Shown piece after piece: positions 37,172 to 51,200 of a stretch of 64,000 nt of DNA. Position 1 is the stretch's first letter, and every line of letters starts with the position of its first letter. Below the pieces are notes generated by a model. It had not been told where the DNA came from. It was given only the letters and a program-made list of their open reading frames with translations, and made no database searches. Source of the stretch: Mobula hypostoma (Eukaryota). The position numbers and the translations under genes are program-made. The stretch covers positions 111,354,001 to 111,418,000 of the forward strand of contig NC_086107.1 in NCBI RefSeq assembly GCF_963921235.1. The letters run 5' to 3'.

Positions 37172-40100
37172 GGGTTTTAACAATTGATCCACTTTAAAAG
37201 GTGATAACCCCTGAGTGCTTCCCCTTTTACAACATTACCTCAGCAAATATTTCATACACTTCCTTCTTAGTTATAATGGCCACGTCATCCCCTCTTTTGT
37301 ACAGAGATGCAGTGTTTGGAGGTCAGTGCACCCTCCACCGTGGTGTGGTATCAAAAGGTCTTCACTCCCAAGTAGGAATGCCTCCACCACCCTCCATCAT
37401 CAAGGACCCCACCATCCAGACCATGCCCCCTTCTCACTGTTAACATCAGTAATAAAGTGCAGGAGCCTTAGGTCCCACAGAACAAGGTCCAGGAACAGCT
37501 GTAACCCCTCAGCCATCAGGACCTTGAAGCAGAGTGGATAACTTCACTCACTCCAACACCAAACTGTTTCCACAAACTATGGACTCACTTTCAAGGACTC
37601 CTCATCTCATGCTCTCGGTATTTATTTCTTATTTCTTTTTGTATTTGCAGTTTGGTTGTTTGTCTGGGTGAGGTCTTTCATTGGTTCTGTTGTGTTTCTT
37701 GGACTTACCGTGTATGCCTGCAAGCAAGTGAACCTCAGAGCTGTATATGGTGACGTATATATACTTTGATAATAAACTTCCTTTGAGCTTTGAACCACTG
37801 GTTTGTAAACTGATGTCCTACGTGTCCAGCCAGCACCTTTGCAGAACGCCAGGCTACAGCAGCTTTGTAGCATGCACCGAAAGGTGTGAACCTATTGATA
37901 AGTGTGTGATGTTATGCAAAGGTCATAGACTCATAGAAGACTTCACAACAGAAACAGGCTCTTTGGCCCAGCTAGTCTGTGCCGATCTGTAACTCTGAGT
38001 CCCACTGACCTGCACCCAGATCATACTCCTCCCGTTCATGAACTTATCCAAACTTCTCTTAAACATTGAAATCGAACCCAAATCCACCACTTCCACATTT
38101 CACACTCTCACCATCCTCTGAGTACTCTGACAGACTGTGGGTGTAGAGAGATGGGTGCACATTGACAAAGTTCAAAATAAATCTGTCATCCAAGCACACA
38201 TATGTCACCATATAATATGCACTTTCTTGTGGGCATTCACGGAAAAAAAAGAATTTCAGGATGTATTTTGTATACGTTTCTCCGACGTTAAATGTACCTA
38301 TTGAAACCCAAACACAATAAAATCAATGAAAGGCCACACCCAACGGGCGGACAGACAACCAATGTGCAGAAGATGACAGACTGTGCCATTACGAAAAGGA
38401 AGGAAAAAATAATTTAAAAAATAAGCAATAGATATTGAGAACATGAGACAAGGAAGTTCAAGGTGGCAAGACGGCACTGGAGAACCATGGTGATGAGTTG
38501 TGGGCAGACAAGCTCTAGAACCCGGGGGGGGCAAAAAAAGAGAGAGACAGACATATCATGTTGACAAAGTGGAAACAGCAGACATAAACTGGGCTAAAAA
38601 CTACATTAAGAAATACAGAGATAAAAAATTAAGTAAGTAATACAAAACAGAGAGCAGAAGTAGTGGGGTGGGGTTCGTTGTCCGTTCAGAAATCTAATGG
38701 CGGCGGGAAGAAGCTGTTTCTAAAACGTTGAGTGTGTCTCTCTTGGAGACTTGGATGGGTTCAGACCGAGCTGTGAATTCTCCCATGGACAAATAAGTGC
38801 CAATATTTTGTGCAAATATTGGCACAAAGTGCGCATCCTCAGATTGTGTTGTTCTCACAGATGATGCATTTCACTGTACACGTGATCAATAAATAAATAT
38901 ATTCTAATCTAATCTACCGAGAGCATTATACAAATATACTTTCCCTGTCCCTTTCTGCCTGGATCTCTTTATTGATCCTTTCCACTGACACTCCCTTTGT
39001 CATTCCTTACATTAGAAGCCAACCACGTCAGGCTATGTAACACCATAAGATATAGGGGCAGAATCAGGCCATTCGGCCCATCGAGCCTGCTCCGCCATTT
39101 CATCATGGATGATCCATTTTCTCTCTCGGCCCTAATTTCCTGCCTTCTCCTAAAATATATTTAAGATAAGGTGGGATAGATTTTTGCACAGTAGGGGAGT
39201 TAAGGGTTATGGGGAAAAGGCAGGCAGGAGGAGATAAGTCCATGGCCAGATCAACCATGATCTTATTGAATTACGGAGCAGACTCAATGGGCCAGATGGC
39301 CGACTCCTGCTCCTACTTCTTATGTTCCTATGTTCTCCACATATCTCTTCATACCTTGACAAATCAGGAATCTATCAATCTCTGAGTATGGGAGAAGTAG
39401 CTCCATTGCCACAAGGTTCTGAGCCATTACCGGGGCCGACAAATACTAGAACACCAGTGTTCGCAGTTGTTAACAGAAGAAGCAGACCAGAGACCTGGAC
39501 CAACAGGTCGAAGCTGCACCATGACAGTTTACTGAAAATCATCTGGGGCGCCGCAGTAGATTTGGGGCGTAGCGCAATGCTTTACAGCACCAGCATTCAA
39601 GGATCGGGGTTCAATTCCCACCACAGGCTGCAAGGGTCTGTGATGTCCTCCCTGTGACGCCACGGGTTTCCTTCGTATATTTCCGTTTGCTCCCACAATC
39701 CAGACGCGTACGGTTAGGGTTAGTGTTCCGTTGGTGCTGGAAGCACAGCAACGTATCCTCGGACTCTGCAGGTCGATGATGCAAACAAGGCATTTCACAG
39801 CATGTTTTGATGTAACAAATTAAGCTAATCTTCAAATCTTTATCTTTTGAAAAAAAACTAGACTCTTGTAATCTGCTCTGTGAATGTCCCCCACGGTTGG
39901 AAAACTGCCTTTGGGACTCACAGATCTAATCTAAAGCACAAAGGAATGCTGGAAATCCAGAGCAATATGCACACAAGATGCTGGAGGAACTCAGCAGGTC
40001 AGGTAGCATCTATGGAGGGGAACAAACAGTTGATGTTTCGGGCCGAGACCATTCATCAGGACTGGCTGCCTGACCTGCTGAGCTCTTCCAGCATTTCATG

Positions 40101-43091
40101 TGTGTTACTCAGGTTGAATCTTAATGCCCCTTGAGTGGTATCCAAAACTGCAGTGTTAAAAGAGAATGAAATCAAATAGAGAGCCTGGCATCAACTTGGC
40201 ACTGAACTAACACACAGTTAAGTTGTTTCCTGTCCACTTAACCCTGTTAGTTCCTCCTCTACATGAACAACAATTGTTCAAACTGCGGTGGAGAAAATCG
40301 CAGTGGCTCAAGAAAGAAAATCACCACCATCTTCTCAAGGGCTAATGCTGGCCTTGTCAACAACACCTGAGGTCATGGGTGAAAGGTGAAATGTCTAAAG
40401 GGAAGTTAAAGGGGTACTTTTTCTCTCCGAGGGTGGTACGAGTGTGGAACGAGTTGACAGCATAAGAGGCTCGATTTCAACATTTAAGAGAAGTTTGTAT
40501 AAGTACATGGACAGGAGGGGTATGGACAGTTATGGTCCAGTTGCAGATTGATGGGCCTTGGCAGAATAGTTCGGCATGGACTAGATGGGCCGAAGGTGCT
40601 GTAGTGCTCAAATAAAAATCTTACTGCCTCTAACAAGAATAAATGCATTGCTTCCTACAAAATATTGGGAGATCTTCCTGAGTAAAATCAAAAAGCAGTG
40701 AAGATAGTGTTTTATTTCAGATTTCCAGCTGCAGCAGTTTTCCTCCATCTTGCTATGCAGAAGGCAAAAGGGAAGTAGAAGGGAAGGACATGTCGAGCTC
40801 TCCCAACCCACAGTGTAGAGCTTGTCATTGTCAACTACGTATTTTTAAACACTAAGTTTTGACTGGACCAGAGAGATAACACTGTCCCTGAGGCATTTAA
40901 AATGTGCTTTTAATCTTATCATGTTTTCTGTCTGTGTTGCGTGTGCAGTCCCACCCTGACAATGAGACTTTTCGGATACCAAGTTCCATCAAAGCCACAG
41001 TTGTGCACATCACGTGATTGCACATTTTCTCCCTAATCCCTTTTGGAAAGCCCAACGATTCCAAATTATGGCTTTTCAACCGAACAGCCATGTTTCATGT
41101 TGTCAATGCCATAGAAGCCATCTCTTTAGCCCGAGAGCATCCATGATTTTGAGCAGTGTCTCCTCCTGCCTCTTCGTGTTATCAAACGTGGCTCAGAGCT
41201 AGATTAAGTCTCAGCTCAGAAACTCAAACACCTAATCCAGCTCGACATTTCAATCACATCCCTGTGCTGCTGGGAGATGTTGCCCTTAGGTAAGATTTTA
41301 AACTGACCCCACCTTGCTCGATAGCACATGCCAGTCCTCATCTGGGGAAGAGCAGTGGAAAGGGTGAGCAGCTTCAGGTCAACATCTCTGAAGATCTACC
41401 CTGTGTGCAACATACTGATGCAATTACAAAGAAGGCACAACAGCGGCTATATTTCATTAGGAGTTTGAGGAGATTTGGTATGTCACCAAAAGACTCGCTA
41501 ATTTCTACAGGCGTGCCATGGAGAGCATTTTAATTGGCTGCATCACCGTCTGGTATGGAGGGGCCACTAAACAGGATTGGAAAAAAACGGCAGGAAGTTG
41601 TAAACTCAACCAGCTCCATTATTTGCAGTAACCTCCCCAGTATTCTGGACACCTTCAAAAGGTGATGCCTTAAAAAGGCCGCATCCATCATTAAGGACAC
41701 TCATTACCCAGACCATACCCTCTTCTCATTGCTACTATCAAGGAGGAGGTACAGGAACCTGAAAACACCCACTCACGATTCAGGAACAGCTTCCTCCCCT
41801 CTGCCATCTGATTCCTGAATGGACATTGAAGTCATAAACACTACCTCACTACCTCTTTGTCTCTCCCTTTTTGCACTACTTTTAATTTATATATGTTTCT
41901 TATTGTAATTTATATTTTTGATTATGTATTGCAATGTACTTCTGCTGCAAAACAACAAATTTCATAACCTATGCCAGTGATAATAAACCTGTTCAGATTC
42001 TCCAACAAGAAAGGTAAGGTTAGTTTAGTGCCCTGGGAAAGATTGATTTCACAATTGTTACTCAAAACCTGATATTTGATTTCACTGCTGTTTGCACTAG
42101 TCTGCTGAGCACAAATTAGCTGCCACATGGTATTTGGGTGAGGCTAGAACCAGAGGTCATGGGTTAAGGGTGAAAGGTGAAACATTTAAGCAGAACACAA
42201 GGGGAACCTCTTCACTCAGAGGGTGGTGAGAGTGTGGAATGAGCTGCCAGCGGTGATTTGATGCCCACATTTAAGAGAGATTTTGATAAATACATGGATA
42301 GGAGGGGTGTGAACTGTAGACTGGGTGCAGGCTAATGGAACTAGGCAGACTAGATGGACAACACACGTGAAATTCTGGAGGAACTCAGCAGGTCAGGCAG
42401 CATCTATGGAGAGGAATAAACAGTCAACATTTTTGGGCTGAGACCCTTCTTCAGGACTGATGGGGCATATGGGGTGACCAGTGTGGCACTGCATCACTAT
42501 ATATGATGAGGGGCCATATACATATTCCTCTCCTTGGATACAAGAGGTTCTGCAGATGCCTGCAAAAGATGTCTGTTTATTCCCCTCCATAGTGCCGGGA
42601 TGAATTGAAAAGATCGGGTACAGGCCACATTGATGTGGTGGACTTCAGGTCTCAGAACGTATTGAAGTGACTGAAGCCGCCGACGATTTCGGCACCGAGC
42701 CAGACTGAAAAGGTCAGTGTGTCGCTGCTCCACTCTGAGTTGAACTAAGAGTCTGTGGACTATCTCTCTACTTGGACTTCTATTCAGAATGCTATTTGCT
42801 TGTGTTTATTATTATTTGCATGATTTTTTTAAATCTCTGCACATTCAGTGTTTGATGGTCTTTTTTAAAAAATGGGTTCTTTGGGGTTTCCTTTTCATGG
42901 CTGCCTTATAGCAGATGAATCTCAAGGTTGTCTAATGTATATATTGATAATAAATGTACTTTGAACTTTGAAATAAATGCATCTGGGTATGGACAAAGTG
43001 GGTTGTGTGTGCAAGCAACAATTTCGAAGTTTGAGGATGACACAAAACTTGGCAGTAGTGAAGAGGATATGACAAATAACAGCAGAATATA

Positions 43092-43320
43092 TATAAGCAA
43101 CACACACAAAATGCTGGAGGAACTCAGCATCTATGGAGAAGAGTAAACAGTTGACATTTCAGGCCGAGACCTCTTGTCAGGTCCTGATGAAGAGTCTCCG
43201 CCTGAAACGTCGACTCTATACTCTTTTCCATAGATGCCCCCTGGCCTGCTGAGTTCCTCCAGCATTTTCTGTGTGTTGCTTCGATTTCCATCATCTGCAG
43301 ATTTTCTCTTGTTTGTGAAT
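43092..43320 (+). mobile_element. Short fold-back PLE-pLTR insertion with 11-bp TSD and hammerhead core at 43181-43214
   Basis: TSD agcagaatata at 43081-43091 and 43321-43331. gtc-CTGATGA-agagtctccgcct-GAAACGTC-gac, with a decayed stem II. Confidence 0.8.
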
Positions 43321-43635
43321 AGCAGAATATAAACAGGCTAGAAGGGAGGGCAGACAGGTACCAGATGAGGGCGCGATGATAGTGTAACAGTTAGCGAGTT
43401 GGAATTCAGAGTTCAATTCCGATGTCATCTGTAAGGAGCCTCCGTACGTCCTATCTGTGGAACGCCTAGGTTTTCTCCGGGTGCTCCAGTTTCCTCCCAC
43501 AGTCCAAAGACGTACCGGTTAGTAGGTTAATTGGCCATTGTAAATTGTCCTGTGATTAGGCTGGGGTTAAAAATCAGGGGCTGCTAGGCAGTGTGGCTGG
43601 ACTGGAAGGACCTTTTCTGCTCTGTATCTCTAAGA

Positions 43636-44408
43636 TATTTCAGATATGCAGATGACACTGTGTTAATTGCAAGTACGGAGGAAGAACTACAAAACTTAAT
43701 TGATAAAGTTGTTGAAGAAAGTGCAAAAATGGGTCTATCTATCAACTGCAAAAAGACAGAATGTATGGTGATATCCAAAAAGAAGGAGAACCCTATCTGC
43801 AGGCTGAGAATAAATGGGAAAGACATAAAACAAGTACAGAACTTTTGCTACTTGGGATGCAGGTGCGACACGGACATCAGAAGAAGAATAGGGATGGCAA
43901 AGGACACCTTTATGAGAATGAAGAGTGTACTGACCAACACTAAACTAGGCACGACAACCCGCCTCAGAGTACTGAAATGTTACGTTTATCTAGTTATGTT
44001 ATATGGCTCAGAATGTTGGACAATATCTAGTAACATGAGGAAACGAATTGAAGCAGCGGAGATGTGGTTTTTGCGGAGGATGCAAAGAATATCATGGACG
44101 AAACGAATATCTAACGAGGATGTCATGAACAGAGCAAGCACAAAAAGAGAAATAATGTATGAGATCATGAAAAGGCAACGTGACTTCATTGGACATGTGA
44201 TTAGGAAACAGGAGTTAGAATGCACGGTAATTACGGGAAAGATTGAAGGGAAGAAAGCAAGAGGAAGACAAAGACAAATGATGATGGAGACAGCAGCCAG
44301 AGAACTGGAAATGAATACCAATGAAGTGATCCACTTGACCCGAAACAGAAGTGTGTGGGCCATGGCAGTCAAAGCGCAAACCGGGCAGGGCACCTGATGG
44401 TGATGATG
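43636..44408 (+). mobile_element. RTE-clade LINE 3' fragment with 10-bp TSD
   Basis: Open frame 'RYADDTVLIA...GLSINCKKT...YGSECWT...EMWFLRRM...GKIEGKKARGRQR'; (TGA)n tail. TSD atctctaaga at 43626-43635 and 44409-44418. Confidence 0.9.
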
Positions 44409-45954
44409 ATCTCTAAGAAAAATAAAATAAGTGAAGAGAACTACAGAGATGAATTTTTAGGAATAATAAGGAGAGGTGTAAAGAATAACCATTTTTAAAG
44501 GATTCAGGAGCAGGATAACCGTAGCTACATAAGCACAAGTCACTGACAAAGGTTAGGCATGTCAAGACTGGTGATTAATAAGATAAATAAGAGCTTATTC
44601 AATTCCGGGCTTTTTTAAATGGCATAAAAATTAAAAGTAGGTAAGACATGCTGATGACTTTGGATGTCAGTTGATTGAACATAGAATATAGAACGTAGAA
44701 CAATATCACATAGTAGAGACCCTTCAGCCCATAATGTTATGCTGACCCTTTAGCCTACACCAAGATCATTCTAACACTTCCCTCCAACATAGCCCGCCAG
44801 TTTTCTTTCATCCATGTGCCTATCTAAGAATTTCTTAAATGCTCTTAATGTGTCTGCCTCTTCCACCACGCTTGGCAACACGTTCCATGTGCCCACCGCT
44901 CTCTGTGTAAAGAACTCACCTCTGACATCCCGCTATACTTTCCTCCAATCTTCTTTCAGTAGCATGGATATCAATTTCTCCTGCCAGTAAACAAGTACCC
45001 CCCCCCCGCCCGCCAGCCTCTATTCCCTACTCTTATATCTTTTCACCTGCCTATTACTTCCCCCTGCGTCCCTTCCTTTTCCCGTTTCTCCTATGGTCCA
45101 CTCTCCTTTCCTATCAGATTCCTTCTTCTCTAGCTGTTGATCTTTCCAGCCCACCTGGCTTCACCCATCACCTTCCAGCTAGCCTCCTTCGCCTCCCCGC
45201 TTCTTTCTCAGTCCTGAAGAAGGGCCTCGGCCCGACTGTCTATTCACTCCCACAGACGCTGCCTGACCTGCTGAGCTCCTCCAGCATCTTGTGTGCGTTG
45301 CTCTGGATTTCCAGCGTCTCATGTGTTAATGATAATGGTTATCTTCTTTACGTCAGAGTAAAACGTTTTTAACCAATTTGGTGGAGTTTTAGATCAGCTA
45401 AAAGATAGAGTTGATGAGGGCAATGCAGCCAACTTGGTAAACATGGAGACACTGGAGACCACAGATACTGGTTTCATGGACTGCTGATGATTCAGATCAA
45501 CAGATGAAGGGTCCCCGACAGCCCATTTCCCTCCACAGACCTGCTGAGTGCTTCCATCATTTTCTGTGTTGATGTAGAATACATCCTTTTCCAGAGAAAT
45601 TTTGATGATATACAGCATTAGAGGGCATCTGGACAAAGTTGAAGCACTTAGGCCACAGAGGGTTATTGAGAGCATGCCTACAGAGAACGTCCTGGTGAAT
45701 GGTTGTTTTTGTTTTGGGCTGGAACAATGGGAATAGCTGAGCTCCATCAGGACTGATTTTACGGCCACTGCAAATTTCCCGGATTTATATTAGTAACAGA
45801 ACTGAGTGTGCAAACAACAATTTCTAAGTTTGTGGATGACACAGAACTTGGCAGTAGTGAAGAGGATGTGATGAACAACAGTAGAATGTAAACAGGTTGG
45901 AAGGGAGGGCAGATATACTGACTGGTGCCAGATGAAGAGAAACTGGAGAGGATG

Positions 45955-46066
45955 GTGTGTGTGTGTGTGTGTGCGCGTGTGTCTGATGTGTGTGTGTGTG
46001 TGTGTGTATGCGTGTGTGTGTGTGTGTGTGTCTGATGTGTGTGTGTGTGTGTGTGTGTGTGTGTCT

Positions 46067-46102
<36 letters not shown>

Positions 46103-46104
46103 TG

Positions 46105-46137
<33 letters not shown>

Positions 46138-46220
46138 CGTCTGCATCTGTGTGTAAGTGTGTGTGTCTGCATGTCTGTGTGTATATGTGCACCTCTGTGT
46201 GTGTCTGTGTGGGCGTGTGT
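45955..46220 (+). repeat. Interrupted (GT)n microsatellite with periodic CTGA/CTGG interruptions
   Basis: Direct reading. Confidence 0.92.
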
Positions 46221-46737
46221 GGTGATTGCTTCATGAATGAGTTACTGAACTAGAAATTTGGACAGCAGAGTTCAAATTTCCCATGGCAGCCGAGGAAATT
46301 GGTTGCATGTTAAAAATCTGGAACATAAAGACTCTAATCTTCGACCGAAACAAGCCACTGGACTGTTGTAATATCTGAGTAGGAAGTATGTTGCCTGTGC
46401 TCTGTGTGGTCAAAGAACAAAACATTGTACAACACTGAAATGTACCCTTCAACCCACTATGTCCAGGCCAAACTCTTCACTAATCCCACATGCATGCCAG
46501 ATGAGGAACAACTACTCACACCAACCTTGCCTGCCCCATTCATCTTCTGTAGCCGTCTAGGATATGACACATGAATTACTCATACCAGCAATTTTCAAAT
46601 GTGACAAGGCTTCTGCCCACGTTAGCACTTTAAGCCAGAGTTACTGACCCCAACAACATTTCTGGGTGGGGGGGTGGAGATTTATCTTCATCTCCTCTCT
46701 CATCACTCTACCTTAAATCTACATTTATGTTCGATGT

Positions 46738-46885
46738 AAACAACAGGAATTCTGCAGATGCTGGAAATTCAAGCAACACACACAAAAGTTGCTGGCGAAG
46801 GGCCTCGGCCTGAAACGTCGACTGCACCTCTTCCTAGAGATGCTGCCTGGCCTGCTGCGTTCACCAGCAACTTTGATGTGTGTTG
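46738..46885. mobile_element. Short rearranged PLE-pLTR insertion with about 14-bp TSD
   Basis: Same subfamily as 32595-32799. Flanks tttatgttcgatgt / tttatgttctatgt; hammerhead 5'-truncated. Confidence 0.7.
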
Positions 46886-47159
46886 TTTATGTTCTATGTG
46901 CCATGTTCCATAGTTCTAAAGTTCCAAGTCCTAAAGTTCTACTGAATGTTGTATGTTCCATAACTCCAACCTGCTCAAACTTTATGCATGATTAAAATTT
47001 CTAAAGAAATTTAATGGGAATTCAAAAGGCCTGATGAGTTTGTGGATCCTTTAGTTCCTAGGAAAGAAGACGGATCATTCACACTTGATTAAAAATCGGG
47101 ACACTGACAGGATGCAAAGTTGGGCTGAGAGGAGTTCCATCTGGAGAGATGAGAGTAAG

Positions 47160-48205
47160 TAGGATAGACAAAGGAAAACTGGTGGATGTTGTGTACTTGG
47201 ATTTTCAGAAGGCATTTGACAAGGCGCCACACATGAGGTTGTTCAACAAGACAAGAGTCCGTGGTATTACAGGAGAGATACAATCATAGATAAAGTAGTG
47301 GTTGATTGGCCGGAGGCAAAGAGTCAGACTAAAGGGAGTCCTTTCTGATTTTCTGCTGGTGACTACTGTTCCACATGGGCCAGCGTTAGAACCGCTTCTT
47401 TTTACATTGTATGTCAGTGATATGGATGATGGAATTGCTGACCTTGTGGTCAAGTTTGCGGATGAAACAAAGGGAGGCGGAGATGCAGGTAGTATTGAGG
47501 AAGCAGGGAGGCCACAGGAAGATTTAGACAGATTTGGAGAACGGGCAAAGAAGTAGCAGATGGAATATATTGTAGGGAAGTGTACAGCCAGGCACTTTGG
47601 TTGATGAAATAAAAGCATAAACATGGATAGAATTCAAAAACCGGAGGTATAAAGGGACTTGGGACTCCTCGTGCAGGATTCCCTAAAGGTTAATTTGTAG
47701 TTTGAGTCAGTAGTGAAGAATGCAAACGCAATGTTAGCATTAATTTTGAGAGGACTAGGATATGAAAGCAAGGATGTAATGCTGAGGCTTTATAAGGCAC
47801 TGGTGAGCAGTTTTGGGCCCCTTATTTAAGAAAGGATGTGTTGACATTGGAGAGGCTTCAGAGGAGGTTCATGAGAATGATTCCGGGAATGAAAGGCTTT
47901 TCGTACGATGAGCAATCATTGGCGCTAGGCCTGTACTCGCTGGAATTTAGAAGAATAAAGGAGGATCTCATTGAAACCTATTGAATGTTGAAAGGCCTAG
48001 CTAAAGTGGATGTGGAGAGGATGTTTCCTATGGTGAGGGAGTCAAGGAATAGAGGGCACAGCTGCAGAATAGAGGGACATCCATTTAGGATGGGACGAAG
48101 GCAAGAGAATGGAGTTGAGAGGGAAATGGTTCAGCCATGATGAAATAACAAAGCAGACTCGATGGGCTGAATGGCCTAATTCTGCACCAGTGTCTCATGG
48201 TCTAA
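47160..48205 (+). mobile_element. Older CR1 RT/3' fragment
   Basis: 'gatgttgtgtacttggattttcagaaggcatttgacaag' (DVVYLDFQKAFDK), 'KFADETK'; multiple stops. Confidence 0.85.
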
Positions 48206-51200
48206 GTGATTCACTTTGGAATATCAAACTGGAAGGCAGAATACAGGGTTAATGGCAACACTGTCAGCAGAGTGAAGGAACAGAGGGACCTTGGGGTCCA
48301 CACCCGTAGACCCCTCGACGGCGCCGCACAGGTTCACAGGCAGTATTTCCCTTCCAAGTTTCAAATTAAGTTTATTGTCAAAGTACCTACTGGATGTATG
48401 TCACCATATACAACCCTGAGATTCTCTCTGGAGCGAAGCAGGATGGGAGAGGTGACTTGTTAGAGGTGTACAAGATGATAAAGAGGCATGGATGAAGTGA
48501 ACAGACAGGGACTTCCCCGGGGAGCAAATGGTTAACACAAGGGGGCATAATTTTAAGATGGAAAGAAATAGGGGATTTCAGAGATACATTTTTTTTTAAC
48601 ACAAAGGGAGGTGACTATGTGGAACCCAGTACAGGGGTAGCAGCAGGGGAACATTCATTAAGGATAATTAATTTTTTTAAATTTATTGAGATCCAGTGTG
48701 AAGTAGACCCTTCTACACTGTGAGCTTCCCCCCCCCCCCACCCCCAGATTTAACCCTAGCCCAATCAAAGGCACTTTACAAAGAACAATTAACCTACTAA
48801 CCGGTACACCTTTGGAGCTTGGGAGGAAACCAGAGCACCCAGGGGAAACCCATGCCTTCACGGGGAGAATGCGTGAGCTCCGGCGGGAATTGAACTCGCG
48901 TCACTGGTGCGGTGAAGCAGTGCACTGGCCACTATGCCACCGAGCCGCGCTGTGCTGTTATGTCCCACGTATCTACGGGGGACTGGGTGAGCATACAAAA
49001 AAAGAGGCGGACGGACCGGTGTGCGAGAGTGGGCGAAGACATATGCTTTGGTATAGACTGCGCTGCATACTATGTAACTTGATGTAAAGTACCCTTCTCT
49101 CTTGTATGTGGCTGCCACTTCATCTGTATATTGTTTCCATTTGTCAGACTTTCGACTCTGCACGGTCATCACAAATCCCTCATGACTAACCATCAACACC
49201 AAATCATGATTCATTCGGCCATCAAACCAGATAGCTTCCCACCCACCAACTCCCCCCCGCCAATAATCTGTGTCAGCTTGCCTCCATTTAGTATTACCTT
49301 ACTTTAATAAAAAAAAACAAGTTTATTCAGAATTAAAAAAACAGTATTTACAAGAATAAACCATACACTGCCTTTTCATTCTTTACAGACAATGCGTTCA
49401 GTAGTGTTTGATAGAGGCCCTCCAATGGTTCATGGATGTTGTGTCCTAGCTGTCTGTGTTCGATACACAAGCCAGGGCAGTACAATAATGGAGAGCGAGC
49501 TGTTGCCCATGTAGCGGGCTCCCCCTCTCCATGCAGCTGATCAATCCAAAGGAACGGCAGAGGCCGATTCTGTTTGGCACTGGTGGCGTCGCAGGAGTTG
49601 CCAGTCAGCGTTGAACTCAACGCAGGACTGCCTCAGGGACTCCAGCTCTGGAACTTTCCCTTGGGATTTACTCCCGAAGCCTTACTCATCAGTGGGTATA
49701 GCCACAAGCCAACGGAGGTTTGAGATCAGAGATTTCCTTCTCCTACTGGAGCTGCCATCCACAGCTGACAAGCCCCACCTGCCCGAGCTCAACCACATAA
49801 ATGCTTGCTGACAGTTCAGTTACAGTTCTTAAAACTAATAGCACTGCTTCCACCCAAGGGCCTTCCCATGCTGTACCTTACGTCTGCATGGGCTGAAGTT
49901 CTCATACCAAGGACATACGTTCATATAATGAATGCTGGCTGGTATTCCAGCTTCTCTCCAACAACTTAACTAGTTCAGGGATTTGGAATTTGCTGACCTC
50001 CAGCAGAAATATTCCCATTTAGAGTCATAGAAACAGGCCCTTTGGCTCATCTAGTCCGTGCCGAATTCTTCCCATTCCTATCAACCTGCACCTGGAGTAT
50101 CGTCCTCCACTCCTCTCCCGTCCGTGTACTTACCCAAACTTCTCTTAAATGTTGAAATCGAACCGGCATTTACCACTTGCACTGGCAGCCCGTTCCGCAC
50201 CTGAAGTTCTCCTTAAACATGTCACCTTTCACCCCTGACCCACGACCTCTAGTTGTAGTCTCATCCGAGCTTAGTGGGGGAAAGCCTCTCTGCATTTACC
50301 CTACCTATACCCCTCATAATTTTGTCTACCTCTATCAAATCTCCCCCCCACAGTGGGTGAAGTTAGATTCAGTGAACATCAGCATTCTTGAGGAATGCAG
50401 AATATGTGGGCTGGGATTGGATTCTCATCTCGCTTTCAGCAGAGCTCTCTTCTAATGAAGGTACCTAGTGCAAGTCTACGAGCACCTCTTCAACTGATCC
50501 CGGACGTTCCAGGCATAAGTCCCACTCCAGCAACACAAATGCACAGATTCCGACAGAGGTTCCAGGATAGTAACAGAAGATTTCTATTCCGGGAGATACT
50601 ACCTTTCACTACAAACTGAGGACCTACCTATTCTCTGAAATGCCTAAAAGAAAACAAGACTGGTACCTTTACTAATATTAGACCATAAGACATAGGAACA
50701 GAGTTCAGCCCATCAAATCTGCTCCACCATTCAATCACGTCTGATTTATTATCCCTCTCAACCCCATTTGACACCCTGACTAATCAAGAATCTAACAACC
50801 TCCAATTTAAGGATACCCAGGGACTTGGCCTCCATACTGTCTACAGCAATGAATTCTATATTCACCACCCTCTGGCTGAAGAAATTCTTCCTCATATCTT
50901 TTCTAAAGGGACATCTGCCAGGATAATCAAGGACACGAGCCACCTAGCCAACAGACTTTTCGTCCCTCTTCCCTCCGGGAGAAGGCTCAGGAGCTTGAAG
51001 ACTCGTACGGCCAGATTTGGGAACAACTTCTTTCCAACTGTGATAAGACAGCTGAACGGATCCTGATCCGGATCTGGGACGTACCCTCCAAATATCCGGA
51101 CCTGCCTCTCGTTTTTTTTTTGCACTACCTTACTTCCCATTTTTCTATTTTCTATTTATGATTTATAATTTAAATTTTTAATATTTACTAATTTTAACTA

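Noticed and set aside
43591..44397. 268-aa ORF as a host or domesticated gene
   Set aside because: 5'-truncated RTE RT with tail and TSD; the start codon comes from the flanking SINE.
45759..46253. His/Thr- and Cys/Val-rich ORFs
   Set aside because: Translations of a (GT)n microsatellite.
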